A program made the position numbers and the translations under genes. Below the pieces are notes generated by a model that saw only the letters and a list, made by a program, of their open reading frames with translations, made no database searches and was not told where the DNA came from. 49,738 nucleotides of DNA from Clostridiales bacterium (lineage in GTDB: Bacteria; Bacillota; Clostridia; Christensenellales; CAG-138): assembly GCA_015056105.1 (NCBI GenBank), contig SVGX01000004.1:1-49738 (forward strand), given 5' to 3'. Of this stretch, positions 26,293-36,471 are shown piece after piece; within the stretch, counting starts at the first letter, position 1; each line of letters starts with the position of its first letter.

Positions 26293-27681
26293 TCACGCCG
26301 CCTTCTTTTTCCCCAGCAGCGAATAGCTTTCCCACTTGCCGAAAAGGAAGTAGAGAAGGCCCGGGATGGCGGTGCCGTAGGCCGCAAGGCCGTAGCCGAG
26401 GAAGAAGCCGAAGAGACCCTGACCGAACACCACGCCGATCAGGCAGCTCAAGGTGATGCGCAGCACCACGCTGTCGATGAGGGCAAATACGAGGCTGAGC
26501 TTTGAATTGCCCACGCCCGTGATGAAGCCGGAGGTGGCACGCATGAGCGCCATGGCGGGGAAGCTCCACACGAGGGCGGAGATGAACACCGGCGCCAGGG
26601 CAATGACCTCTTTGTCATCCGTAAAGAGGGCGAAAAGGTTTTGCCCCCAAATAAGGTAGATCACCGTAAAGACCGCATAGGCGATGACGGAGAACAGCAG
26701 GCACCAGTAAACGATCTTCTTGGTGCGGCCAAAATCCTTCGCACCGATGTTCTGGCCAATCATGGCGGAGGAGGAATAGGTGAGGCTGACGGTGGTCTTA
26801 TTGATGATATCGTCGATCTTGATGCCTGTGCCGAAGACCGCGCTTGCCACTACGCCGAAGGTGTTTACCATGCTGCTTACGAACATCATGGAGATGTTGA
26901 TGGCGCCGCTGCGAAGGGCGAAGGGCACGCCTACCTTCGTGAGGGTCTTGAGGATGTCCTTATCGGGCAGCAGGCTTTTGAGCTTGAAATCAAAGCCGAA
27001 GGAATCCTTATGCCTGAAGAGGAACACGAGGGCGAACAGGAAGGAGATCGCTTGCCCCATGATGGTGGCAAGGGCTGCGCCCGCCACGCTCCAGCCGAGC
27101 ACCGGCACGAAGAGAAGGTCAAGGATGAGGTTCGCCACGGAGGCGATCAGAATGAAAAGAAGCGGGTGTTTTGAATCGCCCATGCCCCGGAGCACCGCAG
27201 AAACGGTGTTGTAGCCATAGGTGAAGATGAGACCGATGGTGGAGATGAGGGCATAATCCACCGCCATGTCATAGGCTTCCTTCGGGGTGTTGAGAAGGTC
27301 GAGAACGCCCCGGTGGGAAAGAAGGCTCACGCCCATCATCAGAAGGCAGATGCCCACGACGCTCGTGAACAGCGTGCCGATGGTGCGGTTGAGCTCATCC
27401 TTTCTGCCGGCGCCGATGAGCTGGGAGATATATACCTGCCCGCCGGAAGCAAAGCCCACGCAGAGCATGGTAAGAAAGTTGCAAAGCTGGCTTGCTGTGG
27501 AAACAGCGCTAAGGCCGCTTGAACCCACAAATCTGCCCACCACCGCCATATCCACAAGGGAATAGACAAGCTGCAGCACATTGGAAAGAATAAAGGGAAC
27601 GGAAAAGCGAAGCAGCTGCTTCGGGATGCTGCCCACGGTAAAATCCCGGATGATGGCTGCGCTCCTGGTTTTGTCCGACAA
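26293..27681 (-). CDS. MATE family efflux transporter
   Basis: FTVGSIPKQLLRFSVP, VDMAVVGRFVG, LRGMGDSKHP, IGQNIGAK; about 12 TM; TTG start inferred from GGAGG. Confidence 0.93.
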   Translation of the reverse strand: MSDKTRSAAIIRDFTVGSIPKQLLRFSVPFILSNVLQLVYSLVDMAVVGRFVGSSGLSAVSTASQLCNFLTMLCVGFASGGQVYISQLIGAGRKDELNRTIGTLFTSVVGICLLMMGVSLLSHRGVLDLLNTPKEAYDMAVDYALISTIGLIFTYGYNTVSAVLRGMGDSKHPLLFILIASVANLILDLLFVPVLGWSVAGAALATIMGQAISFLFALVFLFRHKDSFGFDFKLKSLLPDKDILKTLTKVGVPFALRSGAINISMMFVSSMVNTFGVVASAVFGTGIKIDDIINKTTVSLTYSSSAMIGQNIGAKDFGRTKKIVYWCLLFSVIAYAVFTVIYLIWGQNLFALFTDDKEVIALAPVFISALVWSFPAMALMRATSGFITGVGNSKLSLVFALIDSVVLRITLSCLIGVVFGQGLFGFFLGYGLAAYGTAIPGLLYFLFGKWESYSLLGKKKAA

Positions 27682-27781
27682 AAAAAGACCTCCCCGCAAC
27701 GAAATAGGGCAGATGCGCCTTTGCGGCTGTATCTGCCCTGTTATGGTATCATATTTTGGTGAAAAAAGATATATTTTTGCT

Positions 27782-28351
27782 TTATCCGATCACGCCAAGG
27801 TGCTCGAGCAGGATCTTGAGCCCCATCAAAATCAGCACGACGCCGCCAAAGAGCTCTGCCCAGCTTTTGTACTTTGCGCCGAATACGTTGCCAAGCTTTA
27901 CGCCCACGCAGGAAAGGGCAAATGTGATCACGCCGATAAAGCTCACCGCCGGCAGGATATCGACGCTCAAAAATGCGAAGGTGACGCCCACCGCAAGGGC
28001 ATCGATGCTGGTGGCAACGGCAAGGGGGAACATGGCTTTCGGTGAGAAGGAAGCATCCATGGGATCATCATCGCAGTCACAGCCGCGGGATTCCCGAATC
28101 ATATTGCCGCCGATGAGGCCCAACAGCACGAAGGCGATCCAGTGATCCACCGCCTTGATGAGCCCCTCGAATTTCACACCGAGAAGATAGCCGATCAGCG
28201 GCATCAGCGCCTGAAACAGGCCGAACCAAAGGCCCGTTGTGAGCATATGGCGCGGCTGTACCCTGCGCACGGAAAGACCCTTGCAGACGGCGACCGCAAA
28301 GGCATCCATGGAAAGGCCCACGGCGATCACGAAAAGTTCCCAAAGCTCCAT
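27782..28351 (-). CDS. mntP: Manganese efflux pump MntP
   Basis: [24 protein letters not shown] and [10 protein letters not shown] motifs. Confidence 0.95.
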   Translation of the reverse strand: MELWELFVIAVGLSMDAFAVAVCKGLSVRRVQPRHMLTTGLWFGLFQALMPLIGYLLGVKFEGLIKAVDHWIAFVLLGLIGGNMIRESRGCDCDDDPMDASFSPKAMFPLAVATSIDALAVGVTFAFLSVDILPAVSFIGVITFALSCVGVKLGNVFGAKYKSWAELFGGVVLILMGLKILLEHLGVIG

Positions 28352-28380
28352 AAAGATGATCCCCCAAAGTGGTTTGTGCA

Positions 28381-28508
28381 AAAAAAGAGACCCATCTGCG
28401 CCTTTTGTGAAGTACAGATAAGTCTCACCGTTTCATTCAAAGCCGGGAAGCAAAGGCTTCCGGTGTGTCGGCTTTGCCGCGCATGTCATGCGCCGGCTAC
28501 TCCCTTAA
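28381..28508 (-). ncRNA. yybP-ykoY Mn2+ riboswitch with terminator expression platform
   Basis: Minus strand reads TAAGGGAGTAGC...GCCGACAC...GGTGAGACTTA; the GAGACTTATCTG/CAGATGGGTCTC-TTTTTT terminator overlaps the aptamer 3' end; lies upstream of mntP. Confidence 0.9.
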
Positions 28509-28515
28509 CTAATTT

Positions 28516-28545
28516 ATTTTATCACGGATACGGTGGGAGCGTCAA
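28516..28545 (-). promoter_or_regulatory. SigmaA promoter for riboswitch-mntP
   Basis: TTGACG, 18 bp, TG-n-TAAAAT just upstream of the aptamer. Confidence 0.7.
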
Positions 28546-28910
28546 CCGGGAACCGCCCTGAGCGTGCCGGTTTCATCGGTTTCGAGCAGGATGCGGACAG
28601 GCCCCTGCGAGAAATCGCAGGCAAAGGTTTCTTCAAACAGCGGCCGGCCCATATCTGCTCCCGCACCGCCGTACGCGGAAAGGGTGAACTCCGTTTCTTT
28701 TTCCGGCAGGGAAAAAAGAAAACATTCGTTCTCTTCAAGGGCGGAATTGTTCGCATTCTGGGCAACGGCAGTCTCGTGTTCCCGGGAAACGGCAAGGGAG
28801 AAAATGCCCTTCACATTGCCGATCTCCACGGTGAGGTTGCTCTGCACGGGACTTTTTGCCGCGCAGGCGGAAAGAAGCAGCGGCAAAAGAAGAAGGAAAA
28901 GCCGTTTCAT
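28542..28910 (-). CDS. Hypothetical lipoprotein
   Basis: MKRLFLLLLPLLLSAC lipobox; GAGGT RBS. Confidence 0.75.
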   Translation of the reverse strand: MKRLFLLLLPLLLSACAAKSPVQSNLTVEIGNVKGIFSLAVSREHETAVAQNANNSALEENECFLFSLPEKETEFTLSAYGGAGADMGRPLFEETFACDFSQGPVRILLETDETGTLRAVPG

Positions 28911-28919
28911 GCGGGTACC

Positions 28920-30317
28920 TCACGGCAGGTCTTCGATGTCCACATCATAATAGATCTCCTCTTTCATGGGACTTTCAAGCAGCACCTTCTTCGCATCGGC
29001 GGAAAGCTGATAGCGAAGATAATTTGCATCGCTTTCGCGGAGGGTGCCTGTCTTTGCTGCTTCCGCCAGCACGCTTTTTGCGATGACGGCATCGATGTTG
29101 ATGGCGCTCAGGGCAAGGTACCAGAGGACGAGTGCCATCGCAAGGGTACGGATGAGCTTCAGCTTCGGCCGGTACAGCTTTCCCGCGAAAAGGCCGAGGG
29201 CGATGAGCAGGAAGCCCATGAACCAAAGGGAAAGGATGCGCTTGAAGGTAAGGCCGTAAGCGTCGATATACAGGATGAGGCGATAGAGCGCACTCACAAG
29301 CAGCAGCGCCGTTGCGGCGAGAAGCGCCAGCAGCATGGGGCGAAGGGCTTTGTGCTCCTTCGTAAAGGCTTGAAGGAGGGCAAACACCGTGAAGTTGATG
29401 CCCGCCACGGCGCAAAGCTCCCCGAAGCCCTGTACGGCGTATTCCGAATAGGTAAGTTCCTCCGGCAGCCCCGCAAGGCCTGTAAGATAGGAGAACTGGA
29501 ACGCTGCAAACACGCCGTAAAGCGCAAGAAGGACTGTAAGCACCGTTGCGGCGGTGAGCCCTTCGAGGGGCTTCGGATAGGGTGCATCCGAAATTCGGGG
29601 CTTTTTCCAGGTCATGGCATAGTAGAAGGAATAGAACACCACGGCGATGATGCAGGTGAAGATGAGCCGCGTCAGCGTGTCGCCGAAGGAGAGCCCATCA
29701 AGGAAACGACTGAGGTAGTAGGACATGGCCGCATCCGCGCGGATCAGCAGCAGTGCTGCCACCGCCGCTATGGGCAGCGCAGCAAGGATGCCGATGCGGA
29801 CGGCCTTTGTTTTTTCATCGGCTTTTCCTCTGGGGAACAGGGCGGCGATGGCACCGAAAAACCGCCCGATGCAAAGGAAGGGCGCACCGAACCAGCCCCG
29901 AAGGTAAAGGGCGATGTATTGCCCTTCCCGGCAGGCGGGGACATCAAAGGCAACATCCACCGCATGAAGCATGAGGATAAGAGGGATCACCAGCAGGTTG
30001 AGAAGGGAAGTTTCCGCTTGTCTGTATACCCCATAGCGCAGAAACAGCAGCGCTGCGGCGGCGAGCAGGAAAAGGGATGCGGGGTGCTTTGCCCTGTCCC
30101 GGTTAAACAGGCAGAAGCCTGCCGCATACACGCCCCAAAAAAGGGCATAGACGGGGATGAAACGGCGAAGTTCATGGGTCAGATAATCCGAATTTTCACC
30201 GAACCAGATCCAGCAGACGATGATGCCAAGGGCAAAAGCGAAGGCCAGCGCCAGCTTTTCCGGCAGGGTGTAAACGTGCTTTTCGGGCGGCGGCAAAGGC
30301 GTGCGGTTTTCTTCCAT
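28920..30317 (-). CDS. DUF4153/DUF4173 membrane protein
   Basis: Multi-TM; LLIRADAAM, TYSEYAVQGFGEL, RLILYIDAYGLTFKR motifs. Confidence 0.88.
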   Translation of the reverse strand: MEENRTPLPPPEKHVYTLPEKLALAFAFALGIIVCWIWFGENSDYLTHELRRFIPVYALFWGVYAAGFCLFNRDRAKHPASLFLLAAAALLFLRYGVYRQAETSLLNLLVIPLILMLHAVDVAFDVPACREGQYIALYLRGWFGAPFLCIGRFFGAIAALFPRGKADEKTKAVRIGILAALPIAAVAALLLIRADAAMSYYLSRFLDGLSFGDTLTRLIFTCIIAVVFYSFYYAMTWKKPRISDAPYPKPLEGLTAATVLTVLLALYGVFAAFQFSYLTGLAGLPEELTYSEYAVQGFGELCAVAGINFTVFALLQAFTKEHKALRPMLLALLAATALLLVSALYRLILYIDAYGLTFKRILSLWFMGFLLIALGLFAGKLYRPKLKLIRTLAMALVLWYLALSAINIDAVIAKSVLAEAAKTGTLRESDANYLRYQLSADAKKVLLESPMKEEIYYDVDIEDLP

Positions 30318-30532
30318 CAGGCTTCCTCCTCATCGGGAATGAATTCGAGAATATCGGCTACGGAGCAGGAAAGGATGCGGCAGAGGGCATCAAGGGTGGA
30401 AAAGCGGATGGCTTTGCCCTTGTTGGTTTTGAGTATGGAAAGGTTTGCCGGTGTGATGCCCAGCTTTTCCGCCAGCTCCAGAGAGGACATGCCCCGCTTT
30501 GCCAGCATGATATCAAGGTTGACGCGGATCAT
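30317..30532 (-). CDS. YozG-type XRE HTH regulator
   Basis: LAEKLGITPANLSILKTNKGKAIRFSTLDALC. Confidence 0.93.
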   Translation of the reverse strand: MIRVNLDIMLAKRGMSSLELAEKLGITPANLSILKTNKGKAIRFSTLDALCRILSCSVADILEFIPDEEEA

Positions 30533-30544
30533 GGTGTTTCCTCC

Positions 30545-30994
30545 TTATATGGTTAGATCGTTTTCCGCCTTGTATTCGACAGCACGGCGAAATACCGCTG
30601 CCAGTACCAGCGCAAACATGCCCGCCAGCAGCATCACGATGGCACAGACCGCTGTCATGGGGGTGAAGCTTAAAAAGCAGCGGCCTACAAACAGTAAACC
30701 TGCCAGCTCTGCGGCGGCACCCATGCGGAGAAAGGCCTTTACGTTGCGCTCAAGGAAGGGATCATCGGTCACGGTGCGGAACACGAAGAAAAGCTCAAAA
30801 AGGATCCACAGTGCAAAGGCGGCGGCAAGGGTAAGGAATACCTTGAGCGTGGCAACGCTGCCCTCCCAGTAGCCTGCAAGAGCTTCGCCCCAGCGGCTGC
30901 CGGGGATATAAAAGAGCACAAGGCAGAACACGACGAACAGGATGAGTAGGATAAGCATGCCCTCGGTGATACGACAAAGGAGCTTGGTGGACAT
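30545..30994 (-). CDS. DUF2975 membrane protein
   Basis: PF...NVKAF and C-terminal AVEYKAENDLTI; characteristic pairing with YozG. Confidence 0.9.
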   Translation of the reverse strand: MSTKLLCRITEGMLILLILFVVFCLVLFYIPGSRWGEALAGYWEGSVATLKVFLTLAAAFALWILFELFFVFRTVTDDPFLERNVKAFLRMGAAAELAGLLFVGRCFLSFTPMTAVCAIVMLLAGMFALVLAAVFRRAVEYKAENDLTI

Positions 30995-31027
30995 AAAAAC
31001 AATACCTCCAACTTGTGGTGTGGAGGT

Positions 31028-31080
31028 ATTGTAGCATGAGAAATATCGAAATTCAATATGAAATTATCGTTTTTCAATAA
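31028..31080 (-). promoter_or_regulatory. SigmaA promoter with tandem operators for the DUF2975-YozG operon
   Basis: TTGAAT, 17 bp, TACAAT; imperfect palindromes ATATCG-N5-CAATAT (31043-59) and TTATCG-N5-CAATAA (31064-80), 21 bp apart. Confidence 0.75.
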
Positions 31081-31170
31081 TTGTTCATAATAGGGGAAAC
31101 AAAACCGCTGCGGCAGTTGCCGCAGCGATAAAACTCGCCCATGCCCCTGCATGGGACGAAAGCGTAAGCG

Positions 31171-32544
31171 CTATACCAGCCTTCTGATCCAAAGCCCCTG
31201 ATTGGTGCGCCTGAGCGCGAAGATCAGACGGACTACCGCTGCGATGTGCTGCATCATATACACGAAGGGCAGGGGAAGATCGAAATAAAGGCCTGTCAGC
31301 ATCGCAAGGGGGACGGAGATGGCCCAAAGGGGTACGAGGTCGATAACCGCTGCCACGCGGGTATCGCCGCCGCTTCGCAGCACGCCCACAATGATGGTAA
31401 AATTGAGCGCCCAAAGGGGCAGAGCGGGGCCCATGGTGTAGATGGTCTGAATGGCAAGCGTTTGCGTTTCCGGGTTGGTGTTGGTGTAAAGATAGGGCAC
31501 ATACACGCCCGCAAGGCATACCACCACGCCCGTAAGGGCGCCCACAAGGCCGCTCAGCCACAGGAAGCGGTTCGCATAGGTGCGGGCATTCCGGAAGCCC
31601 TCCCGGTCGCCGAGGGTATTGCCGAGCACCACCGCGCTGGCGGTGCCGATGCTCTGCAGCGTGATAAAGGCCAGTTTGTCAACGGTGCCAACGATCATCA
31701 TTGCCGCAAAGGTGGCGGTTCCCATTTGTCCATAAACGAAGTTGAGCATCAGCTGACCGAGGGCCCAGATGGAATCATCCAGCAGCACCGGCGTGCTGAC
31801 GCGGATGAAATCCCGGAGGTTGGAAAACACATTTGTAAACAGGGCTTTGAAGCCTGCCCGGGCATAGGTGTTTTTCAGATAGCTGAAAAGAAGCAGGGCA
31901 GAGGCATCAAGGAAGGATCCGATGAGCGTCGCATAGGCGGCACCCCTTACCCCAAGGGCCGGGAAGCCGAGATTGCCGAAGATCAAACACCAGTTGAGGA
32001 ACATGTTCGCAAAAAGGCCGATGCAGTCGGAAAGCATGGGGAGCTTCGCGCTGCCGGTGGCTTTGTGCACTGTGCCGTAGGGGTAGATGATCGCTTTGAA
32101 AAGATAGCCCCAGGAAGCGATTTTCAGGTATTCAAGGCCGCTTGCGATCACCGCGGCATCATCGCTGAAAAGGCCGATGCAGAAGGTGCCCGCAAGCTGG
32201 GCAAGCATGATGAAGATCCCTGCGGTCGCTGCCGCAAGAAGCAGGATAAGACCCAGTGTACGCTTGATGCCCGCCGGTTCTTTTTTGCCGAAATACTGTG
32301 CCACAAAGACGCTGCCGCCGCCGGTGATGCCGAAAAGGCAGATATCGAGCACATAGGTAAGCTGGTTTGCCGCGCCCACGCCCGCAAGCTCAATGTCGCC
32401 GAGACCGCCGATCATCATGGTATCCACCATGTACATGGCGGTGACGAGCAGCTGCTGCAGTATGATAGGAAGGGAGACCGCCAGCACCTTGCGGTAAAAA
32501 TCCCTGTCGGAAAGGCCGAGGATATCGCGCTTGAAAACTCCCAT
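31171..32544 (-). CDS. MATE family efflux transporter
   Basis: VDTMMIGGLG, AQYFGKK, FGNLGFPALGVRGAAYAT, GVLRSGGDTR. Confidence 0.93.
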   Translation of the reverse strand: MGVFKRDILGLSDRDFYRKVLAVSLPIILQQLLVTAMYMVDTMMIGGLGDIELAGVGAANQLTYVLDICLFGITGGGSVFVAQYFGKKEPAGIKRTLGLILLLAAATAGIFIMLAQLAGTFCIGLFSDDAAVIASGLEYLKIASWGYLFKAIIYPYGTVHKATGSAKLPMLSDCIGLFANMFLNWCLIFGNLGFPALGVRGAAYATLIGSFLDASALLLFSYLKNTYARAGFKALFTNVFSNLRDFIRVSTPVLLDDSIWALGQLMLNFVYGQMGTATFAAMMIVGTVDKLAFITLQSIGTASAVVLGNTLGDREGFRNARTYANRFLWLSGLVGALTGVVVCLAGVYVPYLYTNTNPETQTLAIQTIYTMGPALPLWALNFTIIVGVLRSGGDTRVAAVIDLVPLWAISVPLAMLTGLYFDLPLPFVYMMQHIAAVVRLIFALRRTNQGLWIRRLV

Positions 32545-32702
32545 GGAAAGGCATCCTTTTCGTTGGATTTGCGGCACAAAGGCAGTGCGCACAAATGTAA
32601 TCATAGCATTTTTGTGAGAAATTGTGAAGGGCTGTGGGAAAAGCCGCGGAATGTGGTATACTGTTGATAAGACAACGCCACAGTGCGGCGAAAGGAGCAA
32701 AA

Positions 32703-33401
32703 ATGGGTTATTATTACGGTTACGATGGCATGTTCATTCTGGTGATTCTGGTGGCCATACTTGGCATGATCGCCTCTTCCCGGGTGAACAGCACCTTCAA
32801 AAAATATGCGAAGCTGCCTGCGCAGCGGGGCATCCGCGCCTGCGATGCAGCGCAGAACATGCTTTGGCAGGGCGGCAGCGATGCGAAACTCACCCGCGTC
32901 AGCGGCAGCCTGACGGATCACTTCAACCCCAAGACCAACACCGTGGGCCTTTCGGAGGCGGTATACGATGAATCCTCTGTGGCAGCGCTGGCAGTGGCAG
33001 CCCATGAGATCGGTCACGTGATGCAGTATCAGGAGGGCTACGGTCCTATCAAGCTGCGCAACACCCTTGTACCGGTGGTGAACTTCTCCTCCAAGGCTTC
33101 GCCCTTCATTGTGCTGCTGGGCCTTTTTATCGGCAGCTATGATCTTGCCATGGCGGGCGTGCTGCTCTTTGGCGGCATGCTGCTTTTTCAGCTGATCACC
33201 CTGCCTGTGGAGCTCAATGCTTCCCGCCGCGCTATCGCCATGTTGACGGAGGGCGGCTACATTACGGGCAATGATGAAGAGCGCGCCGCGAAAAAGGTGC
33301 TCAGGGCGGCAGCCATGACCTATGTGGTGGCGGCGCTTTCCGCCTTTGTATCCTTCCTGCGCCTGTTCCTGATCGTAAGCCGCAGCCGCAGAAGGAATTG
33401 A
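32703..33401 (+). CDS. YugP-family membrane zinc metallopeptidase
   Basis: GSLTDHFNP, VAAHEIGH, TLPVELNASRRA, VLRAAAMTYV. Confidence 0.93.
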   Translation: MGYYYGYDGMFILVILVAILGMIASSRVNSTFKKYAKLPAQRGIRACDAAQNMLWQGGSDAKLTRVSGSLTDHFNPKTNTVGLSEAVYDESSVAALAVAAHEIGHVMQYQEGYGPIKLRNTLVPVVNFSSKASPFIVLLGLFIGSYDLAMAGVLLFGGMLLFQLITLPVELNASRRAIAMLTEGGYITGNDEERAAKKVLRAAAMTYVVAALSAFVSFLRLFLIVSRSRRRN

Positions 33402-33426
33402 CGGGGAAAACTTCTTCCAAAAGATG

Positions 33427-33464
33427 AAAATGCGGTGCGGGAATATCCCGCACCGCATTATTTT
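33427..33464. terminator. Bidirectional intrinsic terminator
   Basis: AATGCGGTGCGGG/CCCGCACCGCATT stem. Confidence 0.8.
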
Positions 33465-33717
33465 ATTCCGAAAGCCCGAGCAGCACATCCGCCGAAACGC
33501 CCAGCACCTTTGCGATGGCGGCAAGCTCGATATCCGTGACAAAGCGTGCGCCGCTTTCAATGCGCTGTATGGCGTTTTTATCCATATCAAGGCCATAGAG
33601 CTGCAGCATTGCCGCAAACTTTTGCTGGGAGGGGTGCGTGGGCAGCGCCTTGCGCAGCGCGCGGATCCTGAGGCCGCAAAGGTTGTTTCGCTGATCGGCG
33701 GTTTTGTTTTTGAACAT
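33463..33717 (-). CDS. Small XRE-family HTH protein
   Basis: NLCGLRIRALR...SQQKFAAMLQ...AIQRIESGARFVTDIEL; AGGAG RBS. Confidence 0.88.
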   Translation of the reverse strand: MFKNKTADQRNNLCGLRIRALRKALPTHPSQQKFAAMLQLYGLDMDKNAIQRIESGARFVTDIELAAIAKVLGVSADVLLGLSE

Positions 33718-33856
33718 GGCCCTCTCCTGTTTTGACATGCAGTGCATGCTTTTATCGGTGTGTGATAGCATAAGACCAAAAATGATTTTTGGCAAGCGGC
33801 AAAAGAAAATGGAAAACGGATCTGGGATATGACGGCATGGCTGTGCTGCCGAAAAC

Positions 33857-33892
33857 AAAAAAGGAACGTTTCTTTCTGAAACGTTCCTTTTT
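33857..33892 (-). terminator. Terminator of the liv operon
   Basis: AAAAAGGAACGTTTC/GAAACGTTCCTTTTT. Confidence 0.85.
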
Positions 33893-33906
33893 GCATGTTG
33901 CTGTTT

Positions 33907-34605
33907 TTAGCCGCCGAGATAGGCTTTCTTGACGGCATCGCTGTTGGCAAGTTCCTGACCGGTGCCGGAAAGGGTGATGCGGCCCTGTTCGAGAACGTAG
34001 GCGCGGTCCGCTATCGCAAGGGCTTTGCCGGCATTCTGCTCCACAAGGAGGATGGTGGTGCCCATGGCGTGGAATTCGCGGACGATGTCGAAGATCTGTT
34101 CCACAAGGATCGGCGCAAGACCCATGGAAGGCTCATCAAGCATGAGAAGCTTCGGTTTGCTCATCATCGCGCGGCCCATGGCAAGCATCTGCTGCTCGCC
34201 GCCCGAAAGGGTGCCGGCGATCTGCTTTTCGCGTTCCTTCAGACGGGGGAAGCGGCGGAATACATCCTCGATATCCTTGTCGGAGACATCCTTCTGGGTG
34301 AAAGCACCCATATCGAGGTTTTCACGCACGGTCATCTGCAGGAAGATGCGCCTTCCTTCGGGAACATGGGCAAGGCCCCGGTTCACGAGCTTGTAGGCTT
34401 CCGTATGATGAATGTTCTCGCCAAGGAAGCTGATGCTGCCGCTCCTCGGGCGAAGAAGGCCGGAAACGGTCTTGAGGATGGTGGATTTACCCGCACCGTT
34501 GGCGCCGATCAGGGCGACGATCTCGCCCTCGTGCACCTCAAAGGAAACGCCCTTAATGGCATGGATTTGGCCGTAGTAAACGTGGATATCGTCAACTTTC
34601 AGCAT
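33907..34605 (-). CDS. livF: Branched-chain amino acid ABC transporter ATPase
   Basis: GANGAGKS, VPEGRRIF, LSGGEQQMLA, DEPSMGLAP. Confidence 0.96.
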   Translation of the reverse strand: MLKVDDIHVYYGQIHAIKGVSFEVHEGEIVALIGANGAGKSTILKTVSGLLRPRSGSISFLGENIHHTEAYKLVNRGLAHVPEGRRIFLQMTVRENLDMGAFTQKDVSDKDIEDVFRRFPRLKEREKQIAGTLSGGEQQMLAMGRAMMSKPKLLMLDEPSMGLAPILVEQIFDIVREFHAMGTTILLVEQNAGKALAIADRAYVLEQGRITLSGTGQELANSDAVKKAYLGG

Positions 34606-34609
34606 GGCG

Positions 34610-35429
<820 letters not shown>

Positions 35430-35437
<8 letters not shown>

Positions 35438-36470
35438 TGGCGTTGCCCTCCTTCACTGCTTTTTTTGCTTTGATCGCCGCTTTGATGGCGCCGGGGCTGA
35501 ACCGCGTCTTGAACGCCGCAAAGCGGGGGGAGGCGTTAAGGAGCATCATGATGATGAGAACGAGGGCATAGATGAGCATACGGTAATCCGCGAGATCACG
35601 GAGCACCTCCGGCAGGAGCGTGATGATGATGGCGCTGATCACGCTGCCGCGGATGGAACCCATGCCGCCGAGGACCACGATAACAAGAAGCTCGATGGAT
35701 TTGTTGTAGTCGAAGGTGCCTGCGGTAAGGATGGAAAGGTTATGGCCGTAAAGAACGCCCGCAACCCCCGCGAAGAATGCGGCTATCACGAAGGCCAGCA
35801 TGCGGAAATAAGTAACGTTGATGCCGGAAGCTTCCGCGGCGATGCGGTTGTCGCGGATGGCGGTGATGGCGCGTCCGTGGCGGGAATTGACAAGGTTCAT
35901 GGTCACAAGAAGCGTGATCATCACCACGATAAAGGCGATCACGAAGGTGGAATCCTGCGGGGTGCCCTTAAGGCCTGCCGCGCCGCCGGTGAATTCAAGG
36001 TTGATGATCACGCTGCGGATGATCTCGCCGAAGGCAAGGGTCACGATGGCAAGATAGTCGCCGTGAAGGCGCAGTACCGGGATGCCGATCACGATGCCGA
36101 ACACCGCTGCCACAAGGCCGCCCACCAGCATCGCAAGGGGGAAGCGGATGGCCATGGGCAGGATCTCCTTCATGGCGATGGAGAAAAGGCAGCCCGCATA
36201 GGCGCCCACGGACATGAAGCCCGCATGGCCGAGGGTGAGCTCACCGAGGAAACCCACCAGCAGGTTCAGCGATACCGCAAGGATGATGTTGATGCACACC
36301 GGCACCAGCATGGAACGCATATGGCGGGAAAGGATACCGGTTTCGGAAAGGGTGAACATCACAATGAAAAGCGCCACGACCATTGCCAGGGTAACAAGGT
36401 TGGTCGCAAGGGGCTTTTTCTTCATTTTGATCCTGGGGGTGTGATGGTGATGTGTATGCATGGCTGGCAC
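35430..36470 (-). CDS. livM: Branched-chain amino acid ABC transporter permease
   Basis: LGHAGF, LRLHGDYLAIVTLAFGEI, GRAITAIRDN, VVLGGMGS. Confidence 0.95.
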
Positions 36471-36471
36471 C

